Positions 25,664-35,719 are shown, numbered from the stretch's first letter. The stretch is 64,000 nt of DNA from a virus (IMGVR_UViG_3300005675_000082:3777-67776), one strand, 5' to 3'. Made by a program: numbers and translations. The notes: generated from the sequence alone by a model not told the origin.

Positions 25664-25987
25664 ATGTTTATTCAACTTACCAACACACACGGCGAAGACA
25701 TTCTGGTCAACTCGGATCATATCCTTTGGGTTGAACCGATAGGCGGCGACCGCCCTTACCGCAAACTGCATCTGAGCAGTGGCGAACTGGCGGTGCGTCA
25801 AACGGCTGAAGAAATTGTCGCGCTGTGTCAGGTGGCGGCCATCAGTATTGAACCCGCTGAAATCGTCATCGGGCCGAGTGAAATCAAGGCTGATGTGTCG
25901 TTTGTGCAGGATGCGGCAGACAGCCCGGCGCAGACGGTAGCCGATGCTTTGCAGGCCGAACGGCGCGGGGGACGGGTGCGTAAATAA
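25664..25987 (+). CDS. FlbD-like small protein
   Basis: MFIQLT...ILVNSDHI..VE...L.VRQT.EEI. Confidence 0.55.
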   Translation: MFIQLTNTHGEDILVNSDHILWVEPIGGDRPYRKLHLSSGELAVRQTAEEIVALCQVAAISIEPAEIVIGPSEIKADVSFVQDAADSPAQTVADALQAERRGGRVRK

Positions 25988-26448
25988 TGGTCGCCAGCGT
26001 CAGGGAGATACGGGGCTTACGCGAGACTCAGCGCAAACTGGAACAGACCATTGCCGATTTGGAGGGCGATGCGTTTCTGGAAGGCTTGCGCAGCGCGACG
26101 CTGCTGGTACAGCGGGACGCTAAACGCCTTGCGCCTGTGGACACCGGACGCTATCGCGCCTCTATTACGCCCGAAATTCGCCAGCGCGGAACCACCATTC
26201 AGGGGATTGTGGGCACGAACGTGATTTACGCCCCGCCCATTGAAACGGGCAGTCGCCCACACCGTCCGCCTTTAAGCGCTTTACAAGTATGGGCACGGCG
26301 GCATGGCATGAACGCCTTTGTGCTTCAGCGTGCGATTGGCAGACGCGGCACGCGGGCGCATCGTGTGTTTGCGCGGGCGCTGGAACAGAACCGTGATCGG
26401 ATTGTCGCGCTGGTCGGGGATAACGTGGCAAGGATTGTCAACCAATGA
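25987..26448 (+). CDS. HK97 gp10-like neck protein
   Basis: APVDTGRYRASI...VGTNVIYAP.IETG. Confidence 0.85.
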   Translation: MVASVREIRGLRETQRKLEQTIADLEGDAFLEGLRSATLLVQRDAKRLAPVDTGRYRASITPEIRQRGTTIQGIVGTNVIYAPPIETGSRPHRPPLSALQVWARRHGMNAFVLQRAIGRRGTRAHRVFARALEQNRDRIVALVGDNVARIVNQ

Positions 26449-26891
26449 CGATGACCATCACGCAGCTTACCACCGCAGTACGCGATACGTTAGGCGCAGC
26501 AGCGTCCATCGTGCAGGCACAGGCCGGACGCGAAATCAGCGAGTCCGTTCCCGATACGCCCATGATGCAGGTGTATCTGCAAAAGTATCAGGGCAGCACC
26601 AATAGCAACACAGACCGCACGACCTTTCGCGGCGGCAAACGGCACAAGCTGTACGCGGTGAATGTGGATGTGTATGTCCACACCCGAAGCACGCTGGGCG
26701 ACGAAATGGCGCTGCTCGAAACGGTGCTGGATGAACTGATTGACATTCTGGAAGCGCAGGATACACAGCCCTATTTCGGGCTGGCAGTGATCAGCGCGTT
26801 TAAGGTCAATGACATTGAGCGCGCCATCATTGAAAACGCAAATCAGGAGTTTGCGGGATACCGCATTCCTATCGACTTTCATGTGATTTAG
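26445..26891 (+). CDS. Tail terminator/completion protein
   Basis: Position and size before the tail tube gene. Confidence 0.6.
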   Translation: MTMTITQLTTAVRDTLGAAASIVQAQAGREISESVPDTPMMQVYLQKYQGSTNSNTDRTTFRGGKRHKLYAVNVDVYVHTRSTLGDEMALLETVLDELIDILEAQDTQPYFGLAVISAFKVNDIERAIIENANQEFAGYRIPIDFHVI

Positions 26892-26903
26892 TGAGGTGTA
26901 GAC

Positions 26904-27347
26904 ATGGCAGATACAACTACCGCTTTTACCGCCTGTGATGTCGTTGTCGAACTGGATGACGCGGGCGGTACACTGCGCGATATTTCGGGCAGTTCCAGCA
27001 AGGTCGAAGCCAACTTCGACAACAACATTGGCGAATTCCGCACGCTGGGCGGGTCGCAGTGGAAAAACCGCCTTCAGTGCGGTAAGGATGCTTCGTTTAA
27101 GGTGACGGGGATCGCCTCCACAGGCACCAACGAAATCCGCGACATCATCCTGGCATGGTTCTTTTCCGGTTCGGGACTGCGCACGTTCCGCTTTTCTGAA
27201 CCCGCTGGCACGGCAGGCTCCAAACGGTTTGCCGCCGAATGCGTGCTGAAGAGTTTTAAATTCTCAGATGACGCGTCAGATTCGAACCCCGTGGCCTATG
27301 AAATTGAGTTGCAGCCGTCAGGCGCTGTCACTATGACCGGTCTCTAG
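26904..27347 (+). CDS. Major tail tube protein
   Basis: 147 aa with tail-tube-like pattern, followed by chaperone and tape measure genes. Confidence 0.8.
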   Translation: MADTTTAFTACDVVVELDDAGGTLRDISGSSSKVEANFDNNIGEFRTLGGSQWKNRLQCGKDASFKVTGIASTGTNEIRDIILAWFFSGSGLRTFRFSEPAGTAGSKRFAAECVLKSFKFSDDASDSNPVAYEIELQPSGAVTMTGL

Positions 27348-27351
27348 TAAA

Positions 27352-27368
27352 AGGGGCAAATTGCCCCT
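27352..27368. terminator. Hairpin between the convergent tail tube and nuclease genes
   Basis: AGGGGCAA-A-TTGCCCCT. Confidence 0.55.
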
Positions 27369-27376
27369 CTTATTTA

Positions 27377-28699
27377 CTACGCTTTCCAGTCGTCTAAAAT
27401 CACTTCAACATAAACCTCCCCGCCAATGATACGCGCGATTGCAGCTTCCAATTGTTCAGCGGTTGGGGTCATGGCGTCTGATTTCACATGCACAATTCGC
27501 CACCCATCATCCATAATGGATTGAATGCGTTCTCTGTCTGTATCAAGTTGATCCTTGTGCCAATACCACCCATCATATTCAATGCCTATGGCAATATCAT
27601 TTCGGGAAATAGCAATATCCAGTGAATACTTCCCAACGGGAATATTTAATGCTCCCCCAAGCATTTCACTAATTGCGCGCTGAGGTTTTGAAACCTTTAC
27701 CCCATTCACCATATCAAAACAATAAGGACACCCTACACCAACTCGCATCTGTACGTAAGTTGCTTCCCAAAGATGCCCCTTTGGACATTCAAATGTGGTC
27801 TTTGTTTTTACGCCGCGAACCTCCGGCCCTAACCATTTAAACCCACGACTTTCAGCGATCCACTGAAAGTCAGCGGGGGTGCGCATCACTGGTTCTGAAT
27901 ATTTGCCAGTTTTCCGAATTTCAGCACTACACACTGGACAATTTTGGCCCCGATAGACATTGCTATAGGTTGCGTAAAAACGATGCCCTTCTGAACATTC
28001 CCACCATGTTTTTTCTGAGGTTCGGGCTAACGTTTCTCCCATCCATCGAAACCCCCGACGCAGCGCAACAGCATGATAATGAGCCTCCGTTAACGCCTTC
28101 CCCGCGATTGTTCGTTTTCGCCCGCAAGCTGGACATCCTGACCCCATTTTTACACTTGTATATTGAGCTTCCCACTGGTGTCCACAGGTATTGCATTGCC
28201 ATTTTGTGTGCTCGTGTGCGCTAATCGCTTTTCCCCCAAGCCATGTGTACCCGCGAGACTCCGCTAAAGCAATATACTCTTCAGCTTTAATACGATGAAA
28301 TTCGGCAACTCTTTTTTGGGCACATTGATGGCAACCTGCTCCATTGAGAACAGTGTTGTATGCTGTCTCCCATTCGTACCCGCAGGCCTTACAGCGCCAA
28401 AGCGTTTTTATCTTTGTGTTACCAGAGTATTCTCCTATCCACTCCATGTTGCGTTCTTTGGCGAGCTTCTCATAAGCCTCCGGTTGAACACGGCGCGGTT
28501 GGGGAATGTTCTGTCGGTAACAAACAGGACAGCCCGTTCCTCTTGAGACGTTATTGTAGGTTGCTTGCCAAACATGATTCAGTGGACATTCCCAACTTGT
28601 AGGGTCTTGAGAGTGCAGTGGGAGTTTATCCCCACGCCATAAAAACCCCCGACTCAAGGCTAATGTTTTATAATCCTCTGCTGATTTGCGACGCGGCAT
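27377..28699 (-). CDS. Multi-zinc-ribbon endonuclease with C-terminal Vsr/PD-(D/E)xK-like domain (putative homing endonuclease)
   Basis: Five W/F-x-C-x2/3-[GN]H/Y-x-W-x-A-x-Y...G-x-x-C-P-x-C repeats; YSLDIA...IGIEYDGWYWH; antisense and AT-richer than its flanks. Confidence 0.8.
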   Translation of the reverse strand: MPRRKSAEDYKTLALSRGFLWRGDKLPLHSQDPTSWECPLNHVWQATYNNVSRGTGCPVCYRQNIPQPRRVQPEAYEKLAKERNMEWIGEYSGNTKIKTLWRCKACGYEWETAYNTVLNGAGCHQCAQKRVAEFHRIKAEEYIALAESRGYTWLGGKAISAHEHTKWQCNTCGHQWEAQYTSVKMGSGCPACGRKRTIAGKALTEAHYHAVALRRGFRWMGETLARTSEKTWWECSEGHRFYATYSNVYRGQNCPVCSAEIRKTGKYSEPVMRTPADFQWIAESRGFKWLGPEVRGVKTKTTFECPKGHLWEATYVQMRVGVGCPYCFDMVNGVKVSKPQRAISEMLGGALNIPVGKYSLDIAISRNDIAIGIEYDGWYWHKDQLDTDRERIQSIMDDGWRIVHVKSDAMTPTAEQLEAAIARIIGGEVYVEVILDDWKA

Positions 28700-28815
28700 G
28701 ATATAATCCTTTTCGACTGTCTGAGCAAGATTGTCGCCACGCCTATGGTGTCTGTCGCACTATAGGCGTTCCTTTTAGACCCCCCTATTGTACCTCATTT
28801 AGCCTCAAATCTCAA
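28700..28815 (-). promoter_or_regulatory. Promoter and two-hairpin structured leader of the nuclease gene
   Basis: TTGAGA-N17-TACAAT; CGCCTATAGTG/CACCATAGGCG stem; AAGGATTATATC-ATG. Confidence 0.65.
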
Positions 28816-28822
28816 CTTAGAT

Positions 28823-28852
28823 TTGCCATTCTGCGAACACTTGTGCTACAAT
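28823..28852 (+). promoter_or_regulatory. Tail-chaperone promoter with LexA-like box
   Basis: TTGCCA-N18-TACAAT; CGAACACTTGTGCT at 28834-28847. Confidence 0.7.
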
Positions 28853-28885
28853 ACTTAAGACTTCGTAAAGAACGATAAGGATTAA

Positions 28886-29224
28886 ATGCACATGCCTCAA
28901 CGCAATCGTGAAAAGACGGTGAAATTTCCACTTCAGGGCGACGATGCCTTCATTAAGGTGCGGATGCCGACGCTGAAGGAAATGCAGTTCCTGCAAACAC
29001 TGCAAACCGACTACGAAGAGACAGCGGATCAGGAACAGGCCGCGCGTAAGTTTCTGGCAGAATTTTTGCTGGAATGGAATCTGGTGGACGATTACGGCGT
29101 GGAACTGGCACAGCCGCACAGCAATCCCAACATCTTTGAACAACTGACGAACGAGGAAGTGAAGTTCATCTACAAGGCGCTGGCTGGACAGGATGAGCCG
29201 ACCAAGGCCGCGAAAAAAAAATAG
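28886..29224 (+). CDS. Tail assembly chaperone (G)
   Basis: Between tail tube and TMP; WNLVDD..G motif; ends in an A9 run. Confidence 0.8.
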   Translation: MHMPQRNREKTVKFPLQGDDAFIKVRMPTLKEMQFLQTLQTDYEETADQEQAARKFLAEFLLEWNLVDDYGVELAQPHSNPNIFEQLTNEEVKFIYKALAGQDEPTKAAKKK

Positions 29225-29466
29225 CGGATGATTATTTTGCAGCGCTGCTCATTGGCAAAACGTTTGAGGATACACCGTGGCAACTGACAGAGCTTTTCCT
29301 CTGCGAACGTTTCCACAAACTGCCCAGCGAATTGCAGAATGAGGACAGCGAAACGATCCAGTTTATGCTGGAACTGATGAACGTGCGCGCAAAGGTTGAG
29401 AACTTTAAGGCCAAACCCGCCACAAAAGCAGCGGGCGGCAAGGGGACAACGCTGGGGAGCAAGTAA
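29221..29466 (+). CDS. Tail chaperone -1 frameshift extension (GT-like)
   Basis: Open -1 frame from ATA at 29221 (IADDYF...LCERFHKLPSEL...) with no start of its own; slippery GCG AAA AAA AAA TAG. Confidence 0.75.
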   Translation: MADDYFAALLIGKTFEDTPWQLTELFLCERFHKLPSELQNEDSETIQFMLELMNVRAKVENFKAKPATKAAGGKGTTLGSK

Positions 29467-29492
29467 CGCTCCCTTTTTTGTTTTTGTGACCT

Positions 29493-29511
29493 AGAACATT
29501 TGTGTTATAAT
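29493..29511 (+). promoter_or_regulatory. TMP promoter with LexA-like box
   Basis: AGAACATTTGTGTT at 29493-29506 overlapping TATAAT at 29506. Confidence 0.6.
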
Positions 29512-29525
29512 TGTTTTCAGCGTAT

Positions 29526-29600
29526 GAACGCCTAGAGCGTCAACGGTTTATTAATGCAATCATGAGCGCCGCGAGTGCCTTTACTCGCGGCGTTTTTGTT
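29526..29600 (+). promoter_or_regulatory. Com-type hairpin and terminator-like hairpin in the TMP leader
   Basis: GAACGCCTAGAGCGTC; CGCCGCGAGT-GCCTTT-ACTCGCGGCG-TTTTTGTTT. Confidence 0.7.
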
Positions 29601-29613
29601 TGGGGCAGGTGCC

Positions 29614-32115
29614 ATGGCCAACGTGCTGGAAATCATCATCCAAGCGGACAATCAGGCGTCAGGCGTCCTCAGCACGGTGCTGGGGAACGTCGAAAGTCTG
29701 GGCGGTAGCGTCGCCCGGACTGGCATACAGATGGGCCTTGTTGCCGCGCCGTTTGTGACAGCACTGACCACTGCTACCTACGCTGCGGTTGACTTCGACA
29801 AAACCATGACGAACACCGCGGCGGTGTTGGGACAAACGCGCGAAGAAACAGCAGCACTTTCACAAGAAATCCTAGACATGGGGGCAACCTCCATTGTTGG
29901 GCCGCAAGCCCTGAATGAAGCCTTTTACGATGTGGTTGGCGGGGTAACGGATGCTGCCTCTCGTATGGACATCCTCGAAACATCCATGCACGTCGCCCAG
30001 GCGGGAGCTGCCGATATGGGCGCAACTACATCCGCAATGATTTCGGTGATGAATAGCTATAGCTTCAGTGCGGAACAAGCGGCATTTGCCGGGGATGTGA
30101 TGACGCGCGCTGTCGGGATGGGCGTCGGTTCAATGGAAGAACTGGCAGGCGTGATGCCGATGGTCGCAGGCACAATGAATGCGATGGGCATTGGTTTCGA
30201 TGAAGGCGCAGCACAACTGTCGTACATCACAACCAAAGGCTATAGCTGGAGTCAAGCCGGGACGATGATGAACGCCATGATGGGCGCGCTGATGAGTCCT
30301 ACCGCTGACCTTGCCGATTTAATCCATTCACTTGGCTACGAAAGTGGTCAGGCGATGGTCGATCAATATGGATTAGCAGGCGCATATCAAGTCCTCGCTG
30401 AAGCAAACGGCGGCAGCGTAGCAGGGATTATTCAGAATCAGGAGGCTTTGCGTGGTGCTCTCGCCCTCACGGCAGATGGTTTTACCGAATACGCTGACAC
30501 CTTCATTGGGGGCATTGAAGGCGCAACAGCGGCGGCAGAGGAAATTCAACTTTCATCTCCAGCAGCACAAATAGCACAGCTTCAAAACGCTATGGGGGCG
30601 CTGTCCATTGAAGTCGGCACGGCGCTGCTGCCCGCGATTAACGACATTGTGCAGGGCGTGCGTCCCCTCATCATTGGCTTTACGCAGTGGTTACGCGCCA
30701 ACCCGCAGGTCGTGTCTACGGTGATTGCGGTTGTGGGCGCGGTGGCAGGCTTGGGCACGGCGCTGGTGGGCATTGGCGGCGTGATTAGCGGCGTGGCGGG
30801 GGTGTTTGGCGCGCTGCTCAATCCTGTGACGTGGATTATTGGCGCGATTGGGCTGCTCGGCACGGCGTTTGCGACCAACTTCATGGGCATTCGCGATGCG
30901 GTGGAACCTGTGATTACGGGGATCACCACAGCGGTTCAAAACTTTTTCAATTTTCTCAGCGGGGGCAGTGAACCGCTTTCCGCTTTAAGCGCGGCTATTG
31001 GGTTAGCCTTCGGCCCGGAAGTGGGCAGCGGGGTTGCCAACTTTGTTCAAGGCATTGTGACGGGTATTGGCGGGGTCGTTTCGTTCATCACAGGAACGGT
31101 GCTCCCCGCTTTAAGCCAACTCGTCTCATGGTTCATCACCGATGGCCTGCCTCTCGCTGTGAACTTCGTGACGGGCGTCGTTGTGCCTGCCGTGCAGGGG
31201 TTCATCACCACGCTCGGCAACATCTGGGCAGTCGTCGGCCCCGTGCTGTTTTCGCTCATCGACTGGTTCATCACCACAGGACTGCCAGCGGCGGTGAACT
31301 TCGTGCAGACGGTAGTCGTGCCTGCCGTCGAAGGGTTCATCGCCACGCTCGTTCGCGTGTGGAACGATGTTTCGCCCTTCCTTGTGAGTTTGTTCGACTG
31401 GTTTATCAATACCGGACTACCCGCGATTTCGAGTTTCATCACAGACACGGTTGTCCCTATCGTGCAGGACTTTATCAGCTTCCTGAGTGACCTCTGGTTA
31501 GCGGTACAACCGCACTTGGAAGAACTCTACAACTGGTTCGTAGTCGATGCGCTTCCGGCCATTCAGGAATTTATCGAAGGGCCAGTCACCACCGCCATTG
31601 AGGGGATTACAACGTTAATCTCCGGCATATGGGACGCTGTGCGCCCCGCGCTGGAAGGGTTTTACAACTTCTTTATCGACAACATCGGCACGATTGTGGA
31701 TGTTGTCATTACGCCGCTCAAAAACGCATTCGATGAGGTGCTAAACATCGGCGGCGATGTACTGGAATTTATCGGTGATGCCGCTTCCCAATTTGGTGAT
31801 TTTGTGTCCGGCGTGTTCGGCGGCGGGTCGAATGTAACAGCACAAGGATTGCCATCGCGCGACTCTGGTGGCATGGGCGTAGCAGGACAAGCCTACTACA
31901 TCGGCACAGGCGCACAGCCGGAATTGTTTGTGCCGCAGACCGATGGCACGTTCCTCACCCCCGCACAGTACGGAGCAGGGGCAGGCGGCGGGGGCGGCAT
32001 GACGATTAACGGGCTGACGATTAACGCCAACAGTTACGCCGAAGGGCAGGCGGCAGCAGACGGGTTCCAGACCCGCATGAGCCAGCTTGAAGAAGAACGA
32101 CGCAGGAGAGGATAA
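29614..32115 (+). CDS. Tape measure protein (TP901-like core)
   Basis: DFDKTM.N..AVLG; amphipathic W/F repeats with ~44-aa period; GELFVP-like C-terminus. Confidence 0.92.
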   Translation: MANVLEIIIQADNQASGVLSTVLGNVESLGGSVARTGIQMGLVAAPFVTALTTATYAAVDFDKTMTNTAAVLGQTREETAALSQEILDMGATSIVGPQALNEAFYDVVGGVTDAASRMDILETSMHVAQAGAADMGATTSAMISVMNSYSFSAEQAAFAGDVMTRAVGMGVGSMEELAGVMPMVAGTMNAMGIGFDEGAAQLSYITTKGYSWSQAGTMMNAMMGALMSPTADLADLIHSLGYESGQAMVDQYGLAGAYQVLAEANGGSVAGIIQNQEALRGALALTADGFTEYADTFIGGIEGATAAAEEIQLSSPAAQIAQLQNAMGALSIEVGTALLPAINDIVQGVRPLIIGFTQWLRANPQVVSTVIAVVGAVAGLGTALVGIGGVISGVAGVFGALLNPVTWIIGAIGLLGTAFATNFMGIRDAVEPVITGITTAVQNFFNFLSGGSEPLSALSAAIGLAFGPEVGSGVANFVQGIVTGIGGVVSFITGTVLPALSQLVSWFITDGLPLAVNFVTGVVVPAVQGFITTLGNIWAVVGPVLFSLIDWFITTGLPAAVNFVQTVVVPAVEGFIATLVRVWNDVSPFLVSLFDWFINTGLPAISSFITDTVVPIVQDFISFLSDLWLAVQPHLEELYNWFVVDALPAIQEFIEGPVTTAIEGITTLISGIWDAVRPALEGFYNFFIDNIGTIVDVVITPLKNAFDEVLNIGGDVLEFIGDAASQFGDFVSGVFGGGSNVTAQGLPSRDSGGMGVAGQAYYIGTGAQPELFVPQTDGTFLTPAQYGAGAGGGGGMTINGLTINANSYAEGQAAADGFQTRMSQLEEERRRRG

Positions 32116-32118
32116 CCC

Positions 32119-33000
32119 GTGACGATTGCGCGTTTTGGCACAGGCACCAATACCTATACCTTTTACAACATCACCGCATGGAGCGATAACTTTGGCGCGT
32201 ATGTGCCCAGCGTATCGCGCCTGATGGGTGTCTCCGGCGGGGTGTCGCAGTACGGCAGACGCCCTGCCCCGCGTGAAGTGGGCAACGTCAGCGTGACGAC
32301 CATGCTCACCGCCACCAGTCCGCGCGATATGCAGACGCAGTTGGATAACATCCGTAAGATGGGATCGTGGGGTGTGCTGGATTTGTGGTTATACCCCGAC
32401 GACCCGACACTGCCGCCGCGTTTCTGTTTTGCCACCACCAACGGCATCCCCGTGATTCACAACGCGGATCAGTTCAGCGAAACGCTGCTGTCGGTGACGC
32501 TGGCCTTTCAGGTGGCAGACCCGCGCTGGCTGTCGTGGCCGGGCACGCCCTGGTATTGGGACGATGGCACACTGTGGGGCGCGAAAAGCTGGGTGTCTCC
32601 GCGTTATTCGTCCACAAGCGTCAACGCCTCGACAACGATCTCACTGACCAACAACGGCAACACGCCGACGCCGCTGGTGATGCGTATCGCGGCCACCGCC
32701 GATGTCACCAACTTCGAACTGGGGCTGCTCAGTGCGACGGGGGCGGTGCTGAACGGCTTCCGTTATGAGACGACACTCGCCAGCGCCACCAGTGATTTGC
32801 TGACGGTGGATGGCGAAACGCTTTCGGTGTTACACGACCAGCGCACCGGGGCAGGCATCGCCAGCGGTTACAACTACTTTAAACGGTTGGGCGGCAACGG
32901 CTTTATCGCCCTGCCCCCCGGCACATGGTCACTGGATGTGAACGGGACATTCACCAGCAACGTCACCGTTGAAATTGACTATTACGATGCATGGAGTTAA
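32119..33000 (+). CDS. Distal tail (Dit)-like protein
   Basis: After the TMP; F...DPRW, N.GNTPTP, F..L.PG...L.V pattern. Confidence 0.75.
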   Translation: MTIARFGTGTNTYTFYNITAWSDNFGAYVPSVSRLMGVSGGVSQYGRRPAPREVGNVSVTTMLTATSPRDMQTQLDNIRKMGSWGVLDLWLYPDDPTLPPRFCFATTNGIPVIHNADQFSETLLSVTLAFQVADPRWLSWPGTPWYWDDGTLWGAKSWVSPRYSSTSVNASTTISLTNNGNTPTPLVMRIAATADVTNFELGLLSATGAVLNGFRYETTLASATSDLLTVDGETLSVLHDQRTGAGIASGYNYFKRLGGNGFIALPPGTWSLDVNGTFTSNVTVEIDYYDAWS

Positions 33001-33003
33001 CTG

Positions 33004-33909
33004 ATGACGACCAATTTTCATACCGACCTCAGCGCCGGAACCGCCACCACTGCCAGCGTCAACACCGCCGACGGGCAGCTTGATGACGCCATTACCAAGT
33101 TTCGTGATGGGGTCAACAGTTTTGTGCAGGTGAACGTCGGCACTGATACCACGCTGACCATTAGCGCAGGCGCGATTACGATCACCCGTTCACGCCACAT
33201 CGTCGATACTGAGGCGGCGGTAGCAACTGACGACCTGACGGACATCAACGGCGGCGCGGAAGGTGATCTGCTGCTGCTGAGCATTGTCAACGCCGCGCGG
33301 CAGGTGGTGGTGAAACACAACACCGCCAAAATTTATCTGGCCTCGCAGACCGATTTCACCTTCACGGCGGTACAGGAACAACTGCTGCTGGTGCATGATG
33401 GTACGCGCTGGTGTGAAGTGCAGACACGCACGGTCATCGTCACCACGCCCTACTTCCGCGTCGAGGATGTCAAAGCCAAAAACACGCCGGGCGGAACCTC
33501 GGTCGTTGGCTGGCAGACGCGCACCTTAAACACGGAGACGCAGGACACGGCCAATGTCTGCAGCCTGGCCTCCAACCAGATCACGCTCATCCCCGGCACC
33601 TACGACATTCGCGCCAGCGCGCCGGTCTATCAGTCGCACCAGCATCACATCGTCCTCTGGAACGACACCGACAACACGCTGGCGCTCAACGGCACCAGCG
33701 AAATCGCCGCCACCTCCGACTCGTCTCAGACCCGCTCCTGGATTCAGGGACGCATCACCCTCGCCAGCGCCAAAGCCTTTTCCATACGCCATTACTGCAT
33801 GGCGGCGCTGGTCACTTACGGCCTGGGCATCGCCAGCAACGCCAATGACCCTTCCGGCGCGGCCATGAGCGAGGTTTACACCATCGTCGAAGGCTGGAAG
33901 GTCGGCTGA
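33004..33909 (+). CDS. Tail fibre/receptor-binding-like protein
   Basis: LTISAGAIT...DTE...TDDL N-terminal module; C-terminal beta domain (RTLNT...QITL.PGTY.I.A). Confidence 0.6.
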   Translation: MTTNFHTDLSAGTATTASVNTADGQLDDAITKFRDGVNSFVQVNVGTDTTLTISAGAITITRSRHIVDTEAAVATDDLTDINGGAEGDLLLLSIVNAARQVVVKHNTAKIYLASQTDFTFTAVQEQLLLVHDGTRWCEVQTRTVIVTTPYFRVEDVKAKNTPGGTSVVGWQTRTLNTETQDTANVCSLASNQITLIPGTYDIRASAPVYQSHQHHIVLWNDTDNTLALNGTSEIAATSDSSQTRSWIQGRITLASAKAFSIRHYCMAALVTYGLGIASNANDPSGAAMSEVYTIVEGWKVG

Positions 33910-35711
33910 TGCTGTCTGAAACCCGCCTCTGGGCTGATGTCTACGACGCTCTCTGGAACCGCTTAGGCGACGGCCCTGTGCCGCTCACCAGCGCGTCCAT
34001 TACGCGCGCCTTCGACGGGGCAGGTTCCATTTCCTTTGAAGCGCCTGCCAGCGATGAACGCGTGATCGCGCTTTTGAAAAACGAACGGCGCGTCAAACTC
34101 CTGTACCACGACCCGCACACGGACGTGGTGCGCACGATTGGCAGCGGCATCATCCGCAAGCGCGGGCGTAAATACAGCGCCAGCGGCTTCCAGAAGACCT
34201 TTTCCGGCCCCGATGTGCTGGACGAACTCAAACGCTGGAACACGCTGCTGGGGCGTATTTTCACCAACACAGCGGTTTCGGATGTGGCTTCTCAACTGGC
34301 GGTCTTAGCGGGCTGGCAGGCGGAAACCGAAAGCCTGCTGGATGGAAACTTAATCACCGCGCGTTTCGATGGAGCCAGCATCCTGAAAGCGCTGCAAACC
34401 ATGACGGAGCAGATCGGCGCGCATATCCGTGAAAAGGTGGACGTGCCCAGTGACCGTGACCATGTGATTGAAGTCGGGCGCTTTGGCACCGACAGCGGTT
34501 TGTGGATTATGAACCCGGAGCAGGTCACGCCGCGTGCCTACACGAACACCGACATCGCCTTCATTGACTCGCTCACCATCATCCATGAGAGTGAAGCGAT
34601 GTTCAATTGGATCATCCCGATTGGCAGTGGCGAAGGCGAAAGCGCGCTGACGCTGGAACAGGCCACACGCCTGACGGGTTATGACCGCCTGACGACGACT
34701 GTTGGCACAAAAACGCTGTACTACAAAAAGAATGACGCTTCCATTGCGGAATACGGCATCATCCAGAAAGTGGTCACGTTTAAAAATATCGCCCCCGTCG
34801 GCAACAGCGATACCAACATTGAATACGCGGCTAACGCGCTGGACGAGGCAGCAGACGCGGCGCTGGACAGGAATGGCACGCCGCAGACGGTCTACAAGCT
34901 GTCGATCCAAAAAGGGTCGCGCCTGATCCGCTGTGGCGACGTGGTACATCTGCGCTTTCGCGGGGCGGTGCGGGGACTGGATGGGCTGGAACTGGACGAT
35001 GAGACGGTGGAAGGTGATTTCTACGTGTTGAAGGTCACCGAAAATGTGAGCGCCAGCGGCGTGTCGCTGACACTGGAAATCAGCGATGTGGACAAACTGC
35101 CCGACAGCGAGGCCGCGTATGTCCTGAGCGCGATTGAGGATATTCAGCTTGCCAACACCAAACCTGCGCTGATCAATTTCCGCCAGTCCTTCACCGACGA
35201 AAAACCGGTGCAGCAGTGGAACGGCCAGCCCACCTACATCCGTTATGCCGACTTCCCCATCAAACTCGACAACACCGTGACGGATGTGTCACTGGTGCGG
35301 GTGCGGTTTGTCTCCAAGCCCTTGTATTCCTATACCATCGGCCAGTACAGCGCGACCGGGCCATCGGTGCTGAACCAGTTTAACGTCGCCATCGGCGCGA
35401 ATTACCCGCAGGACATCAGCCTCTACATTGACAACGTGGATCGCAGCGCTGAGTTTGGCGGCCCCTGGAACGCGGCCCCTGCCAATGCCGCCGTAGACCA
35501 GACGATTGACATCACCGATTACATCCGTGATGCGGCGGGCGGGCTGCGACAAAATCACACCCTTGAGTTTCGGGTCAGCGAACAGACGCGGGATGTGCGC
35601 GTTCCCGGATACGGCGGCGCGTCTGCGATTAACGCCATCTACGGTAATCAGGGCATCATCCGCTGCGAAATCATCGTCCAGGGCACATCGCAGTCGATTG
35701 CGGTGACATAG
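33909..35711 (+). CDS. Tail hub/Tal-like baseplate protein
   Basis: 600 aa after Dit; G.GEG, CGD.V.L hub-like motifs. Confidence 0.7.
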   Translation: MLSETRLWADVYDALWNRLGDGPVPLTSASITRAFDGAGSISFEAPASDERVIALLKNERRVKLLYHDPHTDVVRTIGSGIIRKRGRKYSASGFQKTFSGPDVLDELKRWNTLLGRIFTNTAVSDVASQLAVLAGWQAETESLLDGNLITARFDGASILKALQTMTEQIGAHIREKVDVPSDRDHVIEVGRFGTDSGLWIMNPEQVTPRAYTNTDIAFIDSLTIIHESEAMFNWIIPIGSGEGESALTLEQATRLTGYDRLTTTVGTKTLYYKKNDASIAEYGIIQKVVTFKNIAPVGNSDTNIEYAANALDEAADAALDRNGTPQTVYKLSIQKGSRLIRCGDVVHLRFRGAVRGLDGLELDDETVEGDFYVLKVTENVSASGVSLTLEISDVDKLPDSEAAYVLSAIEDIQLANTKPALINFRQSFTDEKPVQQWNGQPTYIRYADFPIKLDNTVTDVSLVRVRFVSKPLYSYTIGQYSATGPSVLNQFNVAIGANYPQDISLYIDNVDRSAEFGGPWNAAPANAAVDQTIDITDYIRDAAGGLRQNHTLEFRVSEQTRDVRVPGYGGASAINAIYGNQGIIRCEIIVQGTSQSIAVT

Positions 35712-35719
35712 GAGCGCGT

